Shown here one piece after another: positions 49,291 to 62,389 of a DNA stretch of 64,000 nucleotides (within the stretch, counting starts at the first letter, position 1; each line of letters opens with the position of its first letter). The stretch is from Octopus sinensis (lineage: Eukaryota): the NCBI RefSeq assembly GCF_006345805.1, contig NC_042999.1:164300001-164364000 (forward strand), read 5' to 3'. The notes beneath the pieces are model-generated. The model searched no databases. It worked only from the letters and a program-made list of their open reading frames with translations, and was not told the origin of the DNA. The position numbers were made by a program, and so were the translations under genes.

Positions 49291-49989
49291 GACTGGAATC
49301 CTATGCAGAGTGGTGGAAGAAATGTTACTGTCTTTAGAACTCCCATATGTTGTTTTGAGCAGGGTGACATTGACACTTAAGATTCTGAGTAAATGCTAGA
49401 TTATGAAGAAACAACAGCCGGTCCCAGTTGGCAAGAGGTTATTTTACTTCCAGAGATGTCTAGAGAGATTAAACTTGGTATGTGTGGCATATGTTATGAA
49501 TGGAATGGTAAATAATGTCATGTGAGTATTGTATACATAGTATACATAACTGGTGTATTTATGGTTATGTAGTTTTTGTGTTGTTAAATAGATGTGTTTG
49601 TTGTCATTTACTCTCGCTTAACCCTTGTTGAGCAGACATATCAAAGGCATTCCAGCCATGACCATGCCATCATTTTGTATGAAGGAGTGAGTTGAGTGAT
49701 ATTTGGCTACTATTTCTAGCAAGGCAAACTACCTGCTACGTAGAAGCTCCCTCATTGGCCTGTGGTTTTTTTTGTACTAATATGGAGTCGTTGGTTTGGC
49801 AGATGCATTTGAGATCATGTAGTGCCGATGCTGGATTAGTATGGCAGATGTATTTGAGGTTGTCCTCTAATATGGCAGATGTATTTGAGACTGTGTGGTG
49901 TGGTACATTGATTTGTTGTTAGCATGACAAATGTTTGTACTTTTGTGATGTCCTTCATGTGTTAGCATGGCAGACATGTTAGCAGAAAT

Positions 49990-50230
49990 GATGCAGATGC
50001 TGATACCACATGAAAAGGTACTCATGCTGGTGCCATGTTAAAGGCACTGGTGCTGGGGTCCACATAAAAACACGCATTACTCTCTGTGGAGTGGTTGGTG
50101 TTAGGGTGGACATCCAGCCATAGAAACCCTGCCAGAATGGACAATGAAGCCTGATCAGCCCCTGGTCTCACCAGCTCTGGTCAAACCATCCAGTCCATGC
50201 CAGCATGTAAAACGGATGTTAAGTGATAAT
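49990..50230 (+). mobile_element. RTE LINE 3' UTR, decayed
   Basis: gagtggttggtgttagggtggacatccagc...ccatgccagcatgtaaaacggatgttaa. Confidence 0.7.
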
Positions 50231-51632
50231 GAGTGTGAGACAGAAGAGGAGTGATAATAGAAAGAAAGAGGGATAAAATGTGTTGGAAGTTCGTAAGAAG
50301 AGACTATTATTATGAGAGAAGAGACAGATTTTATGTAAATATGATGCTTCTTTGCTCAGCCCTAAAGAAGCTTAGACTTTCATGGTGCAATACAGATGAG
50401 AAATAAATCTCCACCTGCAAAAGAACACTATTCTATTGTAGTAACATGTCCAGATTGTGTTACCTGTTCTGGACGAGGACTATGCAATAACAAAGAGAAG
50501 AGGTCACTCAGCAGTATCTATCTAGTGGTAAATGGATTTGCTCCATAACCATCCTCAAGTAAATTACTTGTCTTTGGATACAGTCCGCAATGTCAATGTG
50601 TGTGTGTGTGTGTGCGCGTGCACATGTGTGTGTACGCATGTGTGTGTGTGTGCGCATGATGCGATAGTTGTTATGTTATTAGTAATTATGTGTCATGGGA
50701 GAACTGGCCCAGATAATGTGTGTGTGTGTGGGGTAGCTGTTGTGCTTATTACTATAACCTAACAAATCAAAACATCTTACTGACATATTAGCAACGTATA
50801 TTAAGTTGAAGTGTTTTGTTTTCAAGTTTCCTAACCCAGTTTTCTAAATATTACCATGTAAAAGCAATAACGTTACCTTTAAGTGTTAAAAGATACATCA
50901 AGTGGAAGTTTTTACAATATTCTGTTGAAATATTCCTGCTTTCTGTTAGTTCTTTGCTCTTACTGATGATTATCAAGTGCCTTGAGTTAGTTCTGTTTTG
51001 CTTAATTATTGAAAAACTAAAAGCAAGACATTTAAAGAATAACTGTGAAAACTGACAAAAGAATTTAAAAGTGAAAAACAGCAACAACAACTAAATCCCT
51101 TCAGTATTTGGAAATATCAGATGATGACATTAAAATATTATAATTTTATGGAATTGTTTAATTCTTTTTTTTTTTTTTAATCAGAATTCTTTGCTTCAAG
51201 AAAATCATCATTGATGTTAATTTGGGGAAGAAAACAACTGAATTTAGAGTGTCTTTTATTATGGTTTTTATGCTTAACCCTTATAACACTCAGTTACAAA
51301 ATTAGAATACACCAAGTTTTAAAAATTTCTATTCAATTTCAAAATTATCTAAAATTTGGTGTTATTTAGTAAAATAGATGTATTTTTGAAAATATATTCA
51401 TTATCATTGTTTTGTTGTAGTAAAACCTTAGTCAGCCCTGTTGAAAAAAATCGAAAGCTGATGGCTAGCCAATGACAAGCCTCAGAACTTGTCTTTTAGA
51501 ACAATGTTTCCCTGCCTGGGGTAATGGCAAAGGTCAGAAAAATTTGGAAATTGATTTCGAGGGTTTCAGGTTCAATGAAGGAAGCCACAAAACTATCTTT
51601 CTGTTTCTTCTTAAAATTTCTTTATTACTTAA

Positions 51633-51852
51633 CCCTTTCGTTACTGTATTTATTTTGAGATGCTCTCTATTTCTTTCAATTATTTTAAATATAACAAAGA
51701 ATTTAGTAAAATGACTTCGTTATCATTCAGCTAGTGTTAAGAACATAAATTGTGACTAAGATTTGGTGGAAGATTTTAATTCAAAACTTATGTAAAGAAG
51801 ACATTTATACTACAGAGCAGAGCCGGTTTTAGCCGGGTTGGTAACGAAAGGG
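51633..51852. mobile_element. piggyBac-type MITE
   Basis: TTAA|CCCTTTCGTTAC...GTAACGAAAGGG|TTAA: perfect 12-bp TIR and TTAA TSD. Confidence 0.9.
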
Positions 51853-53469
51853 TTAAATCCTTAAAAATGTTTTAGCCCGAAGGCCGTGGCCATGCTGGGG
51901 CACCACCGCTGTCTGTAATTTTTTAAAATTTCACACAGAAACATAAACACATACATACACAATGCATTTTCGATATCTTAAGCTCCAGCATGATAGAAAT
52001 AAAAATAAAAAGGGATTCATTTGACAGTTTGAGTATAATTTATCATTAATGAATAATGTACCAAGTTGGCATTGATAAGTCTTGTATGAATTAAATGTTA
52101 TGTTTCTGCTTTGAAGTTCATACACACCAAGAGACAATCCCTTTGGGTGTTTGTTTGCTTCACTTTGTTGAACTTTGAGACAGTGTTGTGATGTTTCTGA
52201 ATGGTAAGCAGCTTGGAGAGAAAAATCCTAGCTGTCAAATGTGACACGTTTTACCTGCCAGGTTACATTTGAAATGCTAAGTTTACTGAACAAACAGCTA
52301 CAGGGTAAAAATACAAATCTTTTAATTTGCAAAGGGGCTGCTGGAGCTTTCTTTGGAAAACTTTATCTGTTCAGGATAGATATTGGGTGTAAAGAGTCAA
52401 TGTATTTTCCAACCCTTGTCACTGTTGAGGAGGAGCTAGCTACAAGAGGATGATATGTGAGTGTAGATTGAGCTTTTGAAGAAATTGTGCAGTGATATGG
52501 AAATTAAGGTTGAAAGATCTCCGAGGAAACGAACATTCCAAGTTGGGTGGTATATCTATTTGGAACAAATGCAGCTGATAATTCACATCAGACAACTAGG
52601 AAGCTTAATTGAGTTGTAGAGGCTGTAAACCTTGCAATTGCCAATTAAAAATTAGTTTAAGCATTATGATAGTATAAATGTTAGGTGGTGAAGAAACTTC
52701 ACTAGAAAATACCTAATGCACACCTTTGCTGGTTATCATTGAAATTGGCAAGTTATATATTTTTTCACTTGGATTATATCATGCATTATGCTGTATATAG
52801 TGAAATTTAGATCTGTACATAAAATCTAGAATGTATGTATTGCACATCACTTGTTTTGCATGCAGTTTCACCTTTCTACCACAGCATTTATAGTATCTTA
52901 GGGTTTCCTTCAGCCTTGCTTCATAGGCTAGTGTACAAAGCAAATACTTATTGCTTTTATTTAATTTTAGACTTACTATACTACTGCAATGATTGTATGT
53001 GGATTCATGGATGTGTTGGTGTCTGAGAAAGGCATTACTATTTCAAACAAATAATTTCATCCACATTGTTCTTTTCTTTCAATTATTGTACATTTTTCTT
53101 TCAGTAGCAACTAGACATCATTTTTATCAATATTATTTATAACCATACAAAATATATCTACATACATATACAAATTTAGGGTTTAATTAAGTGTCTTTCT
53201 TACAACCAAAAGCTTGTAATCACTTAAAAGTAGAGGTGATCTTAACTTGTCTTTAACAATCATGGGCCCTGATATCAGAAAACTTGTGAAGCTACATCAA
53301 TCACAAATATTCTTATTGAGTAAATACAGTAAAGAGGTAATTAATATATATTTTTATTTTGCTAAAGGATTTTATTTCAGTGTTCAGCAAGTAATCACTT
53401 TTTATGAATTATTAATTTTCTGGACATTAATAGAATTTTTTTGTTCTGTGTGTTATACCAGAAAAATAA

Positions 53470-55385
53470 CACTAGTCAACACTTTTTTTGCTGACTTTGG
53501 TTTTGTGATGTTTTTTTAGTTAATTTTGAGATGCTGATTTCAAATATGGCATCCATTTATTTCTAACACATCAGGTTTTCATTCTATAGCATAACTCTAT
53601 TTTATGATGAATTGTTTAAATAATTTACTTGGTCAGGATAGTTTACTAAGTCTTATAGCTTCAAACCATAAGTTATGTCAATAGAATATGAAATGTAAGA
53701 TAGCATTGCCTTTCACTAAATACTGTTAATTTTCTAATATGATGGATAAAGCACAAACCATTATACATGCACCTTCATATTCATGGAAAAAATTTTCGCT
53801 TGCAAGAGCATGTGGAGTGTTTCATGTCTACACAGTCTCTTTGAATACTCCAACAGTAGTCTGCTGCCATGTGTGTGTTCCATTGGCCTTGGTATCTTTC
53901 CTCCATAATCTTGATTGTTTGATGAAACCACTCACCATCCTCATCACTCACATCTCTGAGATTAGCAGAAAATTCATCAAGATGGCAATTGAAGAAATGA
54001 AGCTTTATGCTCATGTTGCAGCCTAAAAGATGAACAGCTTTTAGGCTGCAACAAATCCTTGTAGTTTGCGACCTTTTCATTCTCCCTCCCCAAATCCTTT
54101 CACATCAGTCACAAATGAATCCCATGTTCTTTTTTCTTTGTCAGAGAAATTCTGGCATTTTGTTAACTTTCTGATTTGTTGCCCACCAAAAACATAGCTG
54201 TTATTTTATCATAACTTAGGCTAAGAAATGGTGTACATAGGAATTTGAAACAGTTACCTTCCACATTAAGAGCTTTGGCAAATTACTTCATTAGTCCTAG
54301 TTTGAAGGGCTAGAAAGATGATTTTTCTCTCGCTCAACAAGTGGTTGGTGTATGATATTCTTCTCCCCAACAGTCAAATTTTTCCTAACTGGCCAGAGTT
54401 TCTGTTCCCAATGTTTGTCTCTCGTTTGGCTATCTCATAATCACAGGAAACACGGATATTTTGTATACCCTCCTTGTTGGCCGAGTAAAAAGTTGACCAT
54501 TTTTAAATCCACACATATGACCCATCTTTGTTCATCATACTTAAGTAAATCTAATACAACTTTTTTCTGATCATAATTCTCTTTTAAGTGCACAGACTGA
54601 CCAATAGGAAGTGCACCAAACAAGTTTCCATTATAGAGTAATACACACTAAAGACCCTTCTTTGAAGTATTTATAAAGAGCCTCCATTCACTAGGATCAT
54701 ACTGTTCAACACCCATCATGTTTAATAGTCCTGCCATGTCACAACAGTAAACAAACTTTTTTCCACTTGTAAAGAATGCCAAGTGATCTTTTTCCTTGTT
54801 CTGATAAAAAGTCATGTTTGTTTCTTTCTACAACAGATTCTTCTCTTTAACTCTTGAAGCTAACTGTTCTGATAACTCTTTTGACGGTCCTAAAGTCTCT
54901 AACTAAATCTTTAAGTTTTGCCTGGATGAAGATTTCACGTTCTTTGGTTGATGTTTCTACAAAGTCTATATCATAGCTCATGTTCATGATTTCTATCTAC
55001 TTCACATATATCACCTTCACCTTGCAGTGAAGGTAGATCCTTGAAAACGAGTACTGGTATTTCATCTGGGTGAAGTACTGGATGAATTGCTGAATCTAGA
55101 TTTAGGTAACTTATTTTCTGTTGTCTTCTCTTGCTATAACAAGAAGTCTTTGTGATACAAAAGTAGCAGTCATTTACATGGTTCTTTAGATCCCACCATA
55201 TCATAGAAATACCAAATGTTAGTTGTTTCCTTGTACCCTTTGTCCATTGGCATAGACTTTTGATATAGGGTTTATATGCATTGTGCAGGCCCACAATCAC
55301 CAACTTTATTCCTTAAGTAAGCCAAGTAGGATATTTTCACAATGTCACTAACATTTGGTGATGAGGTTGGAGAATCATTGTCAAA
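53470..55385 (-). mobile_element. Chapaev3-like (CMC superfamily) DNA transposon remnant, 5'-truncated, transposase frameshifted
   Basis: KNHVNDCYFC, ICVDLKMVNFLLGQQGGYTKYPCFL, LGCNMSIKLHF..HLD, DEDGEWFHQ, YQGQWN..MAADYCW; terminus TAA|CACTAGTCAAC at 53467-53480 fits CAC ends with a TWA target. Confidence 0.8.
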
Positions 55386-56781
55386 ATCTCATAACTATAC
55401 ACCAGTTCAGTCTCTGATATATATATGTAAGACACTTTTGACAAGATCTTGTCACATCTGTAAAGTTAACACTACATGTTGGAAATTTTTGTCATCTGTA
55501 GAGTTCTTTTGGGTGGGGTTGGAAGTTTACCACATGTTGAGGCTTCTCTGCAGCTAGGACACTTGTCATTGCAAGATGACTCTTGTCACATATGTAGACT
55601 CTGATTTGTGTGTGTGTGTGTGTGTGTCGATACCTGTCATAACTACAGTCACCCCTCTAACATGACTTTACCATCATCTGACAGTGATAGAAATTTTCAG
55701 ACATGTCAGTCCATTTACTCACTCATATAACTTGTATTGAAGGAACTGTTTGAATTTTAAAGAGGTCAGTAGCTTATTTTTAATGGGTGCGCTAGTTAGG
55801 CAGTGTTTGATGTATCATGAGTTCTAACCTCTAGCAAATCCACTTAGTTGTATGTAAACATAAGATCAGGAGTTGCTAAGTTGAAGTAAATTATGATAAT
55901 TCTGGATTTGTACATATATTTTTTTAATTATAATTTTTAAAATCTGTGATAAAAAAAGCTGGTAACAAGTTTATTTTATGAAAAAAAATTCCTTTTTTTT
56001 TTTACAAATTTGAACTTAATTATGTCTATTTTGTACTTCCTAATTGCTGTTTGCTAATGGAGTGGAGTAGTCTAATTTAGAAGACTGATTTTGAATTTAA
56101 TAATATTGTAAAAAAACAGTATTTTAAGTTTCCTCTAAACTGTTCTAAAGTGGTAGAAATGTAAACTGAAATTACTTGACAAAACAGATTGGAGATAAAT
56201 ATATTCGCCAGAAATGAACAAGGGAGTAAATGGAAGATTGGGAACCCCTGTATTAGACACTCAATACTCAGGCTTGTATCAAATGTCTGTAACTACATCT
56301 ATGAAATGACATTTTGTGCTCACATCTTAATTCATTAATTAGTGGTATGGAAAGCCAACCATATGTAATAAAAAGAAAAGTCCATGTTCCTCAATAATTT
56401 ATGAGGTAATTTTTGCGTGATAATGATTTATATGTGACACATGATAATTTGTGCTGTATGCGATATATATATTCTGATATACAATTTGACTTGCAAAGTG
56501 CATTACAAGTTTCGCTTCAATTCACAAAATTGCTGTGATTGTGTGGAAAATTTAAGAGCATATCTATTGGTTTACTGGTTACCTAATAAAAATCTAAATT
56601 TGTCTTACATGTATTAGCAAGGAACAAAGAGTGATTGTGACGAAAAAAAAACCCCTTCTTTCTGAAAAAGGAAAAGAAAGAGATACAAAGCAAAGGAAAA
56701 AATAACCCTTCTTATACCCTCTATAATAATGATAATGATTTCAAATTTTGGTACAGAGCCAACAATTTTTTAGGGAAGCAT

Positions 56782-56832
56782 ATAGGTGGTGGTGGTGGTG
56801 GTGGTGGCAGTGGCGGTGGCGGCGGCGGCGGC
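56782..56832. repeat. (GGT)n(GGC)n trinucleotide repeat
   Basis: Direct reading of the sequence. Confidence 0.9.
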
Positions 56833-57209
56833 AACAGTGTAATAGTGGTAGTGTTGGTGGAGGTGGTAGTTATTTCTAAGTCCGTTTGATCAAGGTTGAC
56901 AAAGGTGGGAGAAAGGGTGGGGGGGGACACTATATGAACAACAACAAGATGTATCCTACCGTGTCTCTGAAGATGCATTCTTTGAGATAGTTGTTAAAGA
57001 ATGAAATGCTTAGAAATGGTTGCGATGGTTGTTATTCTTGCAAAGTGAGAGAGAGAGAGAGAGAGAGAGAAGAAACTGTGTCATCTTGCGGGAGGGCTGG
57101 GGGAGGCTCTTCTTTAGAGATAAGGAATATTTAGGTCTATTAATGGTGCAAAAAATGTGCTAGCTATCACCGTCATCACACATGCATGCATGCAGGCATG
57201 TGCACGTGC

Positions 57210-57210
57210 A

Positions 57211-57270
<60 letters not shown>
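57210..57270. repeat. (CA)n microsatellite
   Basis: Direct reading of the sequence. Confidence 0.95.
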
Positions 57271-57272
<2 letters not shown>

Positions 57273-57661
57273 TAACTGCTTTTTTCCACATTACCATGTT
57301 TTGGAAGAGCATGTAAAAATTTTCCCTTCCCCGAAAAGAAACGTATTCTAACTCAGCATAGAGTCTACCAGTTCTTATTTGCTGCTGCTGTTGCCACTGC
57401 TGCTACTGCTGAATTTTATTAGTTTGACAAAAATTACTAGTATGATCTACTCTAGGCACAAGGCCTGAAACTTTGTGGGTACTAGTAACTTTGGTTGAAA
57501 ATGTATGTGTAGGTGTGTGTGCATATGTATGTATATTTATATATGTATCTATATTTATACATGTATAAATGTATTTATATATAGGTATGTATATGTATTT
57601 GTATGTATTTATGTATGTGTGTGTATGTATATTTGTGTGTGTTTATATGTTAATTATACGT

Positions 57662-57845
57662 AGGTGCAAGCATGACTGTGTGGTAAGGAAGCTTGCTTCC
57701 CAGGCACATGGTTTCAGGTTCAGTTCCACTGTGTGGTACCTTGGGCTAGTGTCTTCTGCTATACCTTTGGTCCAACCAAAGCCTTGTCATTGAATTTGGT
57801 TGGTGGAAGTTTCCGTCATGTGTGTATAAGTGCTTGTGCCCCCTA
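57662..57845 (+). mobile_element. SINE-A 5' half, decayed
   Basis: gactgtgtggtaaggaagcttgcttccc..ggtttcaggttcagttcc. Confidence 0.75.
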
Positions 57846-58287
57846 ACAGAGAGGTGGGAACAGCATCATCATATAGATATACATTATCAGCATCATTTAA
57901 TGTCCATTGTCCATGGTGGCACAGGTGAGATGGAATTTGTTGAGACAGATTTTCTGTGGCCAGATGCTCTTCCTGCCACCAATCCTCAACTATTTCAAAG
58001 CTAAGTAACATTTCTCTATAGCCAGACATGTTTTTTACAGCAACTAGAAACAAACACCACTTTTATGACAATGATGCTTGTTTACAGCCATGATGTCTAG
58101 ACAATAGTACATACAAATATCATAGTTTTATATGTGTACATATATACAAACACATATACATACATGTGTGAGTGTGTGTGTATGAACCAAAATTTTAACA
58201 ATAAAATACGTGTAGAAAGCAGCCTAAAGAGACCAGCACAAAATTTTTTCCTGTCACTAGACTTTTGGATTCCAAATTTGTCTACAT

Positions 58288-58487
58288 AAATGGTTCTCAA
58301 CTAATTTTGGTCTATGGACTCCTTTAATTCCTATTTTACACGACTGGACGCCCATGGCTATAATATTAAATATTATTAGGAATTGTGTAGAAAACAAAAT
58401 ATTTTGTGTATTGTAGAAGTGTAAGCAATTTATTGCACATGAACTTGGACAGCAAAATCGTATAGGGACCCCAGTTGAGAATCACTG
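58288..58487. mobile_element. hAT (Charlie-like) MITE
   Basis: TIRs aaatggttctcaac / gttgagaatcactg; 8-bp TSD gtctacat/atctacat. Confidence 0.8.
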
Positions 58488-59159
58488 ATCTACATAATCT
58501 GAATCTTTAATGTATTACTGAATGTGACGGGATCATGCACACGTGGATTAAAAAAAAAATGTCACTACCCAGTCAGGTGGTTTCTTTGTTTTCATTATTA
58601 CAGCTTTGGGCTAGTGTCTTGTAACACAGGTTTTGGTCAAATCAGGTGGGTGAAATAAAATAGATGGAAACTGTCTTGAAGCTTGTTGGATAGACTGTAT
58701 TTGTAATTAGCAAGCAGAACCATATCCTACTAAATCTGGCTGGAAATTGCATTAAATGTGCAAACCTTTGGAATTCTTTGTCACTTATTGTATAATTTAA
58801 TAAATAGTTCCATTCCTTTGATCAAACAATTGCAATATTCATTTTCCAAATTCATTGTAATATCAGTCAATTCGACATGCGAAATCATTAATCCACACAC
58901 ATTTTTTTTCTCTCAGCTCTTTTCTTTCTCCATTTTCTTTCTTCATTCCTTTCTGTTAAAGGGCATACGCTCAAAACATCAAAGACTTTTCCATTTTTCT
59001 TGAGTGTCAAACTAATATACGTTGTTTGTTGTTACCTCACCTGTCTTTGTCTTTTGTTTATTGTACATTTGAACCATTTAATATATACAGCTATATGTAA
59101 AAGAAATTTATGCATTATTAAATATATAACTTGAAAATAGATTTACTTTAATGCTAATT

Positions 59160-59830
59160 CTAGAGGACAGCTGTGGGAAAAGGTTCACACCCTAGCAGTA
59201 GAGGGAACCTGTGGAAGAGGTAGACCCAGGAATACCTGGGATGAGGTGGTGAAGCATGACCTTTGAACGTTGGGCCTCACCGAGGCAATGACTAGTGACC
59301 GAGACTTTTGGAAACATGCTGTGCTTGAGAAGACTTGGCAAGCCAAGTGAGAGCGTAACTGTGGCCTATGCCAGTGCAGCATAACCAGACCATTTAAAAG
59401 TACCCTTCAATCATTGGGCAATAAACTGTGCTTGTGAAGATCTGATGAGGTAAGTGAAATTGCTGTCGTGGCTGATGACAGTAAAGTCTGATTGGCACCC
59501 GTGCTGGTGGCACATAAAAAGCACCATTTGAGCATGGTTGATGCCAGCGCTGGCTGACCGGTCCCATGCTGGTGGCACATAAAAAGCACCATTTGAGCAT
59601 GGTTGATGCCAGCGCTGGCTGACTGGTTCCATGCTGGTGGTACGCAAAAAGCACCCACTACACTCTCGGAGTGGTTGGCATTGGGAAGGGCATCCAGCTG
59701 TATAAAATTTGCCAGATCGGATTGGAGCCTGGTGCAGCCTTCTGGCTTGCTAGCCCTCGGTCAAACCGTCCAACCCATGCCAGCATGGAAAGCAGACGTT
59801 AAATAACGATGATGATGAGGAGGATGATGA
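59160..59830 (+). mobile_element. 5'-truncated RTE LINE: ORF2 C-terminus, long 3' UTR with 65-bp tandem units, (GAT)n tail
   Basis: HTLAVEGTCGRGRPRNTWDEVVKHDL*TLGLTEAMTSDRDFWKHAVLEKT is a typical RTE C-terminus; this identifies the other (GAT)n-tailed repeats as RTE 3' ends. Confidence 0.9.
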
Positions 59831-60208
59831 CTGTTAACATATTTAATACATTGAACATTTGAAAGATAAGAAATAAACATGCAGTGAGGAATAAACAATA
59901 TTAATAGTCATATGTCTAAATTTTTTTTGTTTTTTAAATTTTCAAGCAAGTACCACATTGCAACTCTGAACCTTTTCTTTTCTGTCTTATTTTTGCTAAA
60001 GTAGTGATGAATAAATCATTAAATAAATGCTCGAGATTGTGTGCAGAAAAATAAAATTAGTAGAGAAATGAAATAACTCATAGATACTATCCACATGCAA
60101 AAGGCCCTCAAAAGACAAATAAAAAATGAGTTGGTAAGTCAGTGGTAACATATTGCATGCAGAAAGCACTAAACTGCTAACTAGAAAGAAATAGAAGGTA
60201 AAAAAAAA

Positions 60209-60232
60209 GGGCGGGGTGGGGTGGGGGTGGGG
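60209..60232 (+). other. G-quadruplex-forming motif
   Basis: GGG-C-GGGG-T-GGGG-T-GGGGG-T-GGGG. Confidence 0.6.
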
Positions 60233-60578
60233 ACCATTATTAGTTCATTTTTGTGTGTTGACTATTATACATACATAAATCATTAAGCTACATAAATTTT
60301 CTCTTAAATTTGAAATAGTTTCAGGTGTTAAATCACTTGGAAGGAATTGAAAGATAATGTTCTACTTGTTGAGAAGTTGAGTGTGCACCTGCTCTGGCGG
60401 TGTTTCTGGTAGATTGGCTGCGTACTCAGTGCCCGTGACATGCTGACCTTGTACATGGTGCATTGTCTTACTTGTAACACTTTTTATGTAATAGTTCAAA
60501 CGGCTAGAGAAAGCAGCCAAATCATTTCCCTCTAATCACTTTCTACAATCTTGGAAGATAAAAAATGGATACCTTGCA

Positions 60579-60812
60579 CGGCGGCGAGCTGGCAGAATCG
60601 TTAGCACGTCGGGCGAAATGCGTAGCCGTATTTTGTCTGCTGTCACGTGTTCTGGGTTCAAATTCCGCCGAGGTCGACTTTGCCTTTCATCCTTTCGGGG
60701 TCGATAAATTAAGTACCAGTTACGCACTGGGGTCGATGTAATCGACTTAATTCCGTTGACTGTCCTTGTTTGTCCCCTCTATGTTTAGCCCCTTGTGGGT
60801 AGTAAAGAAATA
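60579..60812 (+). mobile_element. SINE-B, young, tail type 1
   Basis: CpG-intact head ggcggcgagctggcagaatcgttagcacgtcgggcg through tail agtaaagaaata. Confidence 0.9.
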
Positions 60813-60832
60813 AAATATTGAATATATTAACG

Positions 60833-61059
60833 CACAAGGTGGGTTCTGAAAAGTTTCTGGCTTTGGGTAAAAGGAAATACAGGAGAATCAGTTAATTAGG
60901 ATTTCATTCAACATATTCCCCTACAATAAGTGTGTGAACAGATTCACACACTTATTGCAGGGGTCCTTCAGTTTTTCTTATCCCAGTAACTCAGAAGGTT
61001 GGGCCTCCAACCAGACCTTTCGCGAAACCCTTAAAGCTGAAACTTTTCAGCACCCCTCG
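60833..61059. mobile_element. mariner-type MITE
   Basis: Right TIR aacttttcagcacccctcg|TA; left TIR decayed (aggtgggttctgaaaagtt). Confidence 0.7.
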
Positions 61060-61219
61060 TAGGATGGTCAAGGCTGGAACATCATTGATTATATATCTAT
61101 TCAATCAGGGTTGGTCAGGCAGTAAACAACAATAACAACAACAAGCAGAAGATTAGTGTGAAATACTTGAAAGAATATTTGCCAAGTTCAGTCATTTTAA
61201 TCTGATGGGGATAATTTAT

Positions 61220-61431
61220 CCCTTTAGCATTTAAACTGGCCATTGATGGTCAAAATAATCTACCTGTATTATTTTCAAACTGGCCAGATCAAGCCTCTCA
61301 CACTTACCCAACAATATTCTGAAAATAAACAATCCCATCATTGAAATCTCAAAGCTACAAGGTAATGCATGACTAATTCATATCAGTGTGAGTAAATAAA
61401 CATTTGACAGAGAAATATGAATGCTAAAGGG
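61220..61431. mobile_element. piggyBac-type MITE (second family)
   Basis: CCCTTTAGCATT / AATGCTAAAGGG TIRs; flanks ttat and ttaa. Confidence 0.85.
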
Positions 61432-62173
61432 TTAACTCGTCAAATAGAAACAATTTGAAACAACTTTTATGTGTGCATGTATGAGTGTCGTATTCAGTAC
61501 AAAGGAATTTATCTTTCCATATGAAAGAATCCATGACAGGTAGAATCCATAATGGTTTTTTTTTGTAAAATTGTTAATTAAATTAGTGACAGTCTGGCAA
61601 TTATAAAATGTTCTAATGAGAGTTCTTCAGATCTAAGGTGTTTGTGTAAATTATAGACAATTATAGTCATTATCATCTTCACATCAACAAGATCACCACC
61701 ATCAATATCAGTACTGTCTTTTTTTTATCATCATCATCATCATCATCATCATCACCCTCTTTTATCTGTTTTTGCAATTTAACAGGGTTGAATAGATTTA
61801 CAATACAACATCCTTGTGTATGTTTTAATCCTACATCATCTCATAAGTTAATGAGGGAGTCTCTAGAAGGTTACTTGACCTGCTAAATATAATGACTAAA
61901 TCTCTTTTAAATCAAACCCTACCATGTTGAAAAAAGAAGGACTTATTGAATTATTTAGTCCTAAATACAGTATGTTTGACAGTTAGTCTTAGACTATACC
62001 ATCTATCTTTTTTTATCAGGGCTAATCTGAGGCTAAACAAGTGTCAACAATAACTGTATCCTTTGTGAAATCCAGTATATAGTACCTCCTGGCAGCTTCC
62101 TTGGTTTTATTTGACCGTTTTTGACCTGTTGATTGCTATGGTTGTTGTTTAAACCCAGGTCAGCACTCATTAA

Positions 62174-62389
62174 TCTTTTAGTATTTAAACCAGCTATATC
62201 TGGCCCCCAAATTCTTTCAGTTTTTCCAACTGGGCAGGTCCTGCTTCTCACACCTACCCTATAGTATCAATTTGGAAATATACAATCCCATCATCAAAAT
62301 CTCAAAGCTACAAGATACCGTATGATTAATTCATAGCAATGTGAATAAACAAGCATTACATTTGACAGAGAAATCTGAATGCTAAAGGG
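62174..62389. mobile_element. piggyBac-type MITE (same family as 61220), decayed
   Basis: ttaa|tcttttagtattt ... aatgctaaaggg|tcaa; internal similarity to 61220-61431. Confidence 0.8.

Noticed and set aside
49797-49889. Three 17-bp repeats (tggcagatg[c/t]atttgag) with unique spacers, CRISPR-like
   Set aside because: Eukaryotic context, only three short repeats, unequal spacers (28 and 14 nt), no cas genes.
56721-56978. Poly-proline ORF on the minus strand
   Set aside because: It is the translation of a (GGT)n(GGC)n microsatellite.
59394-59658. Overlapping minus-strand ORFs with repeated peptides
   Set aside because: They are translations of the 65-bp tandem units in the RTE 3' UTR.
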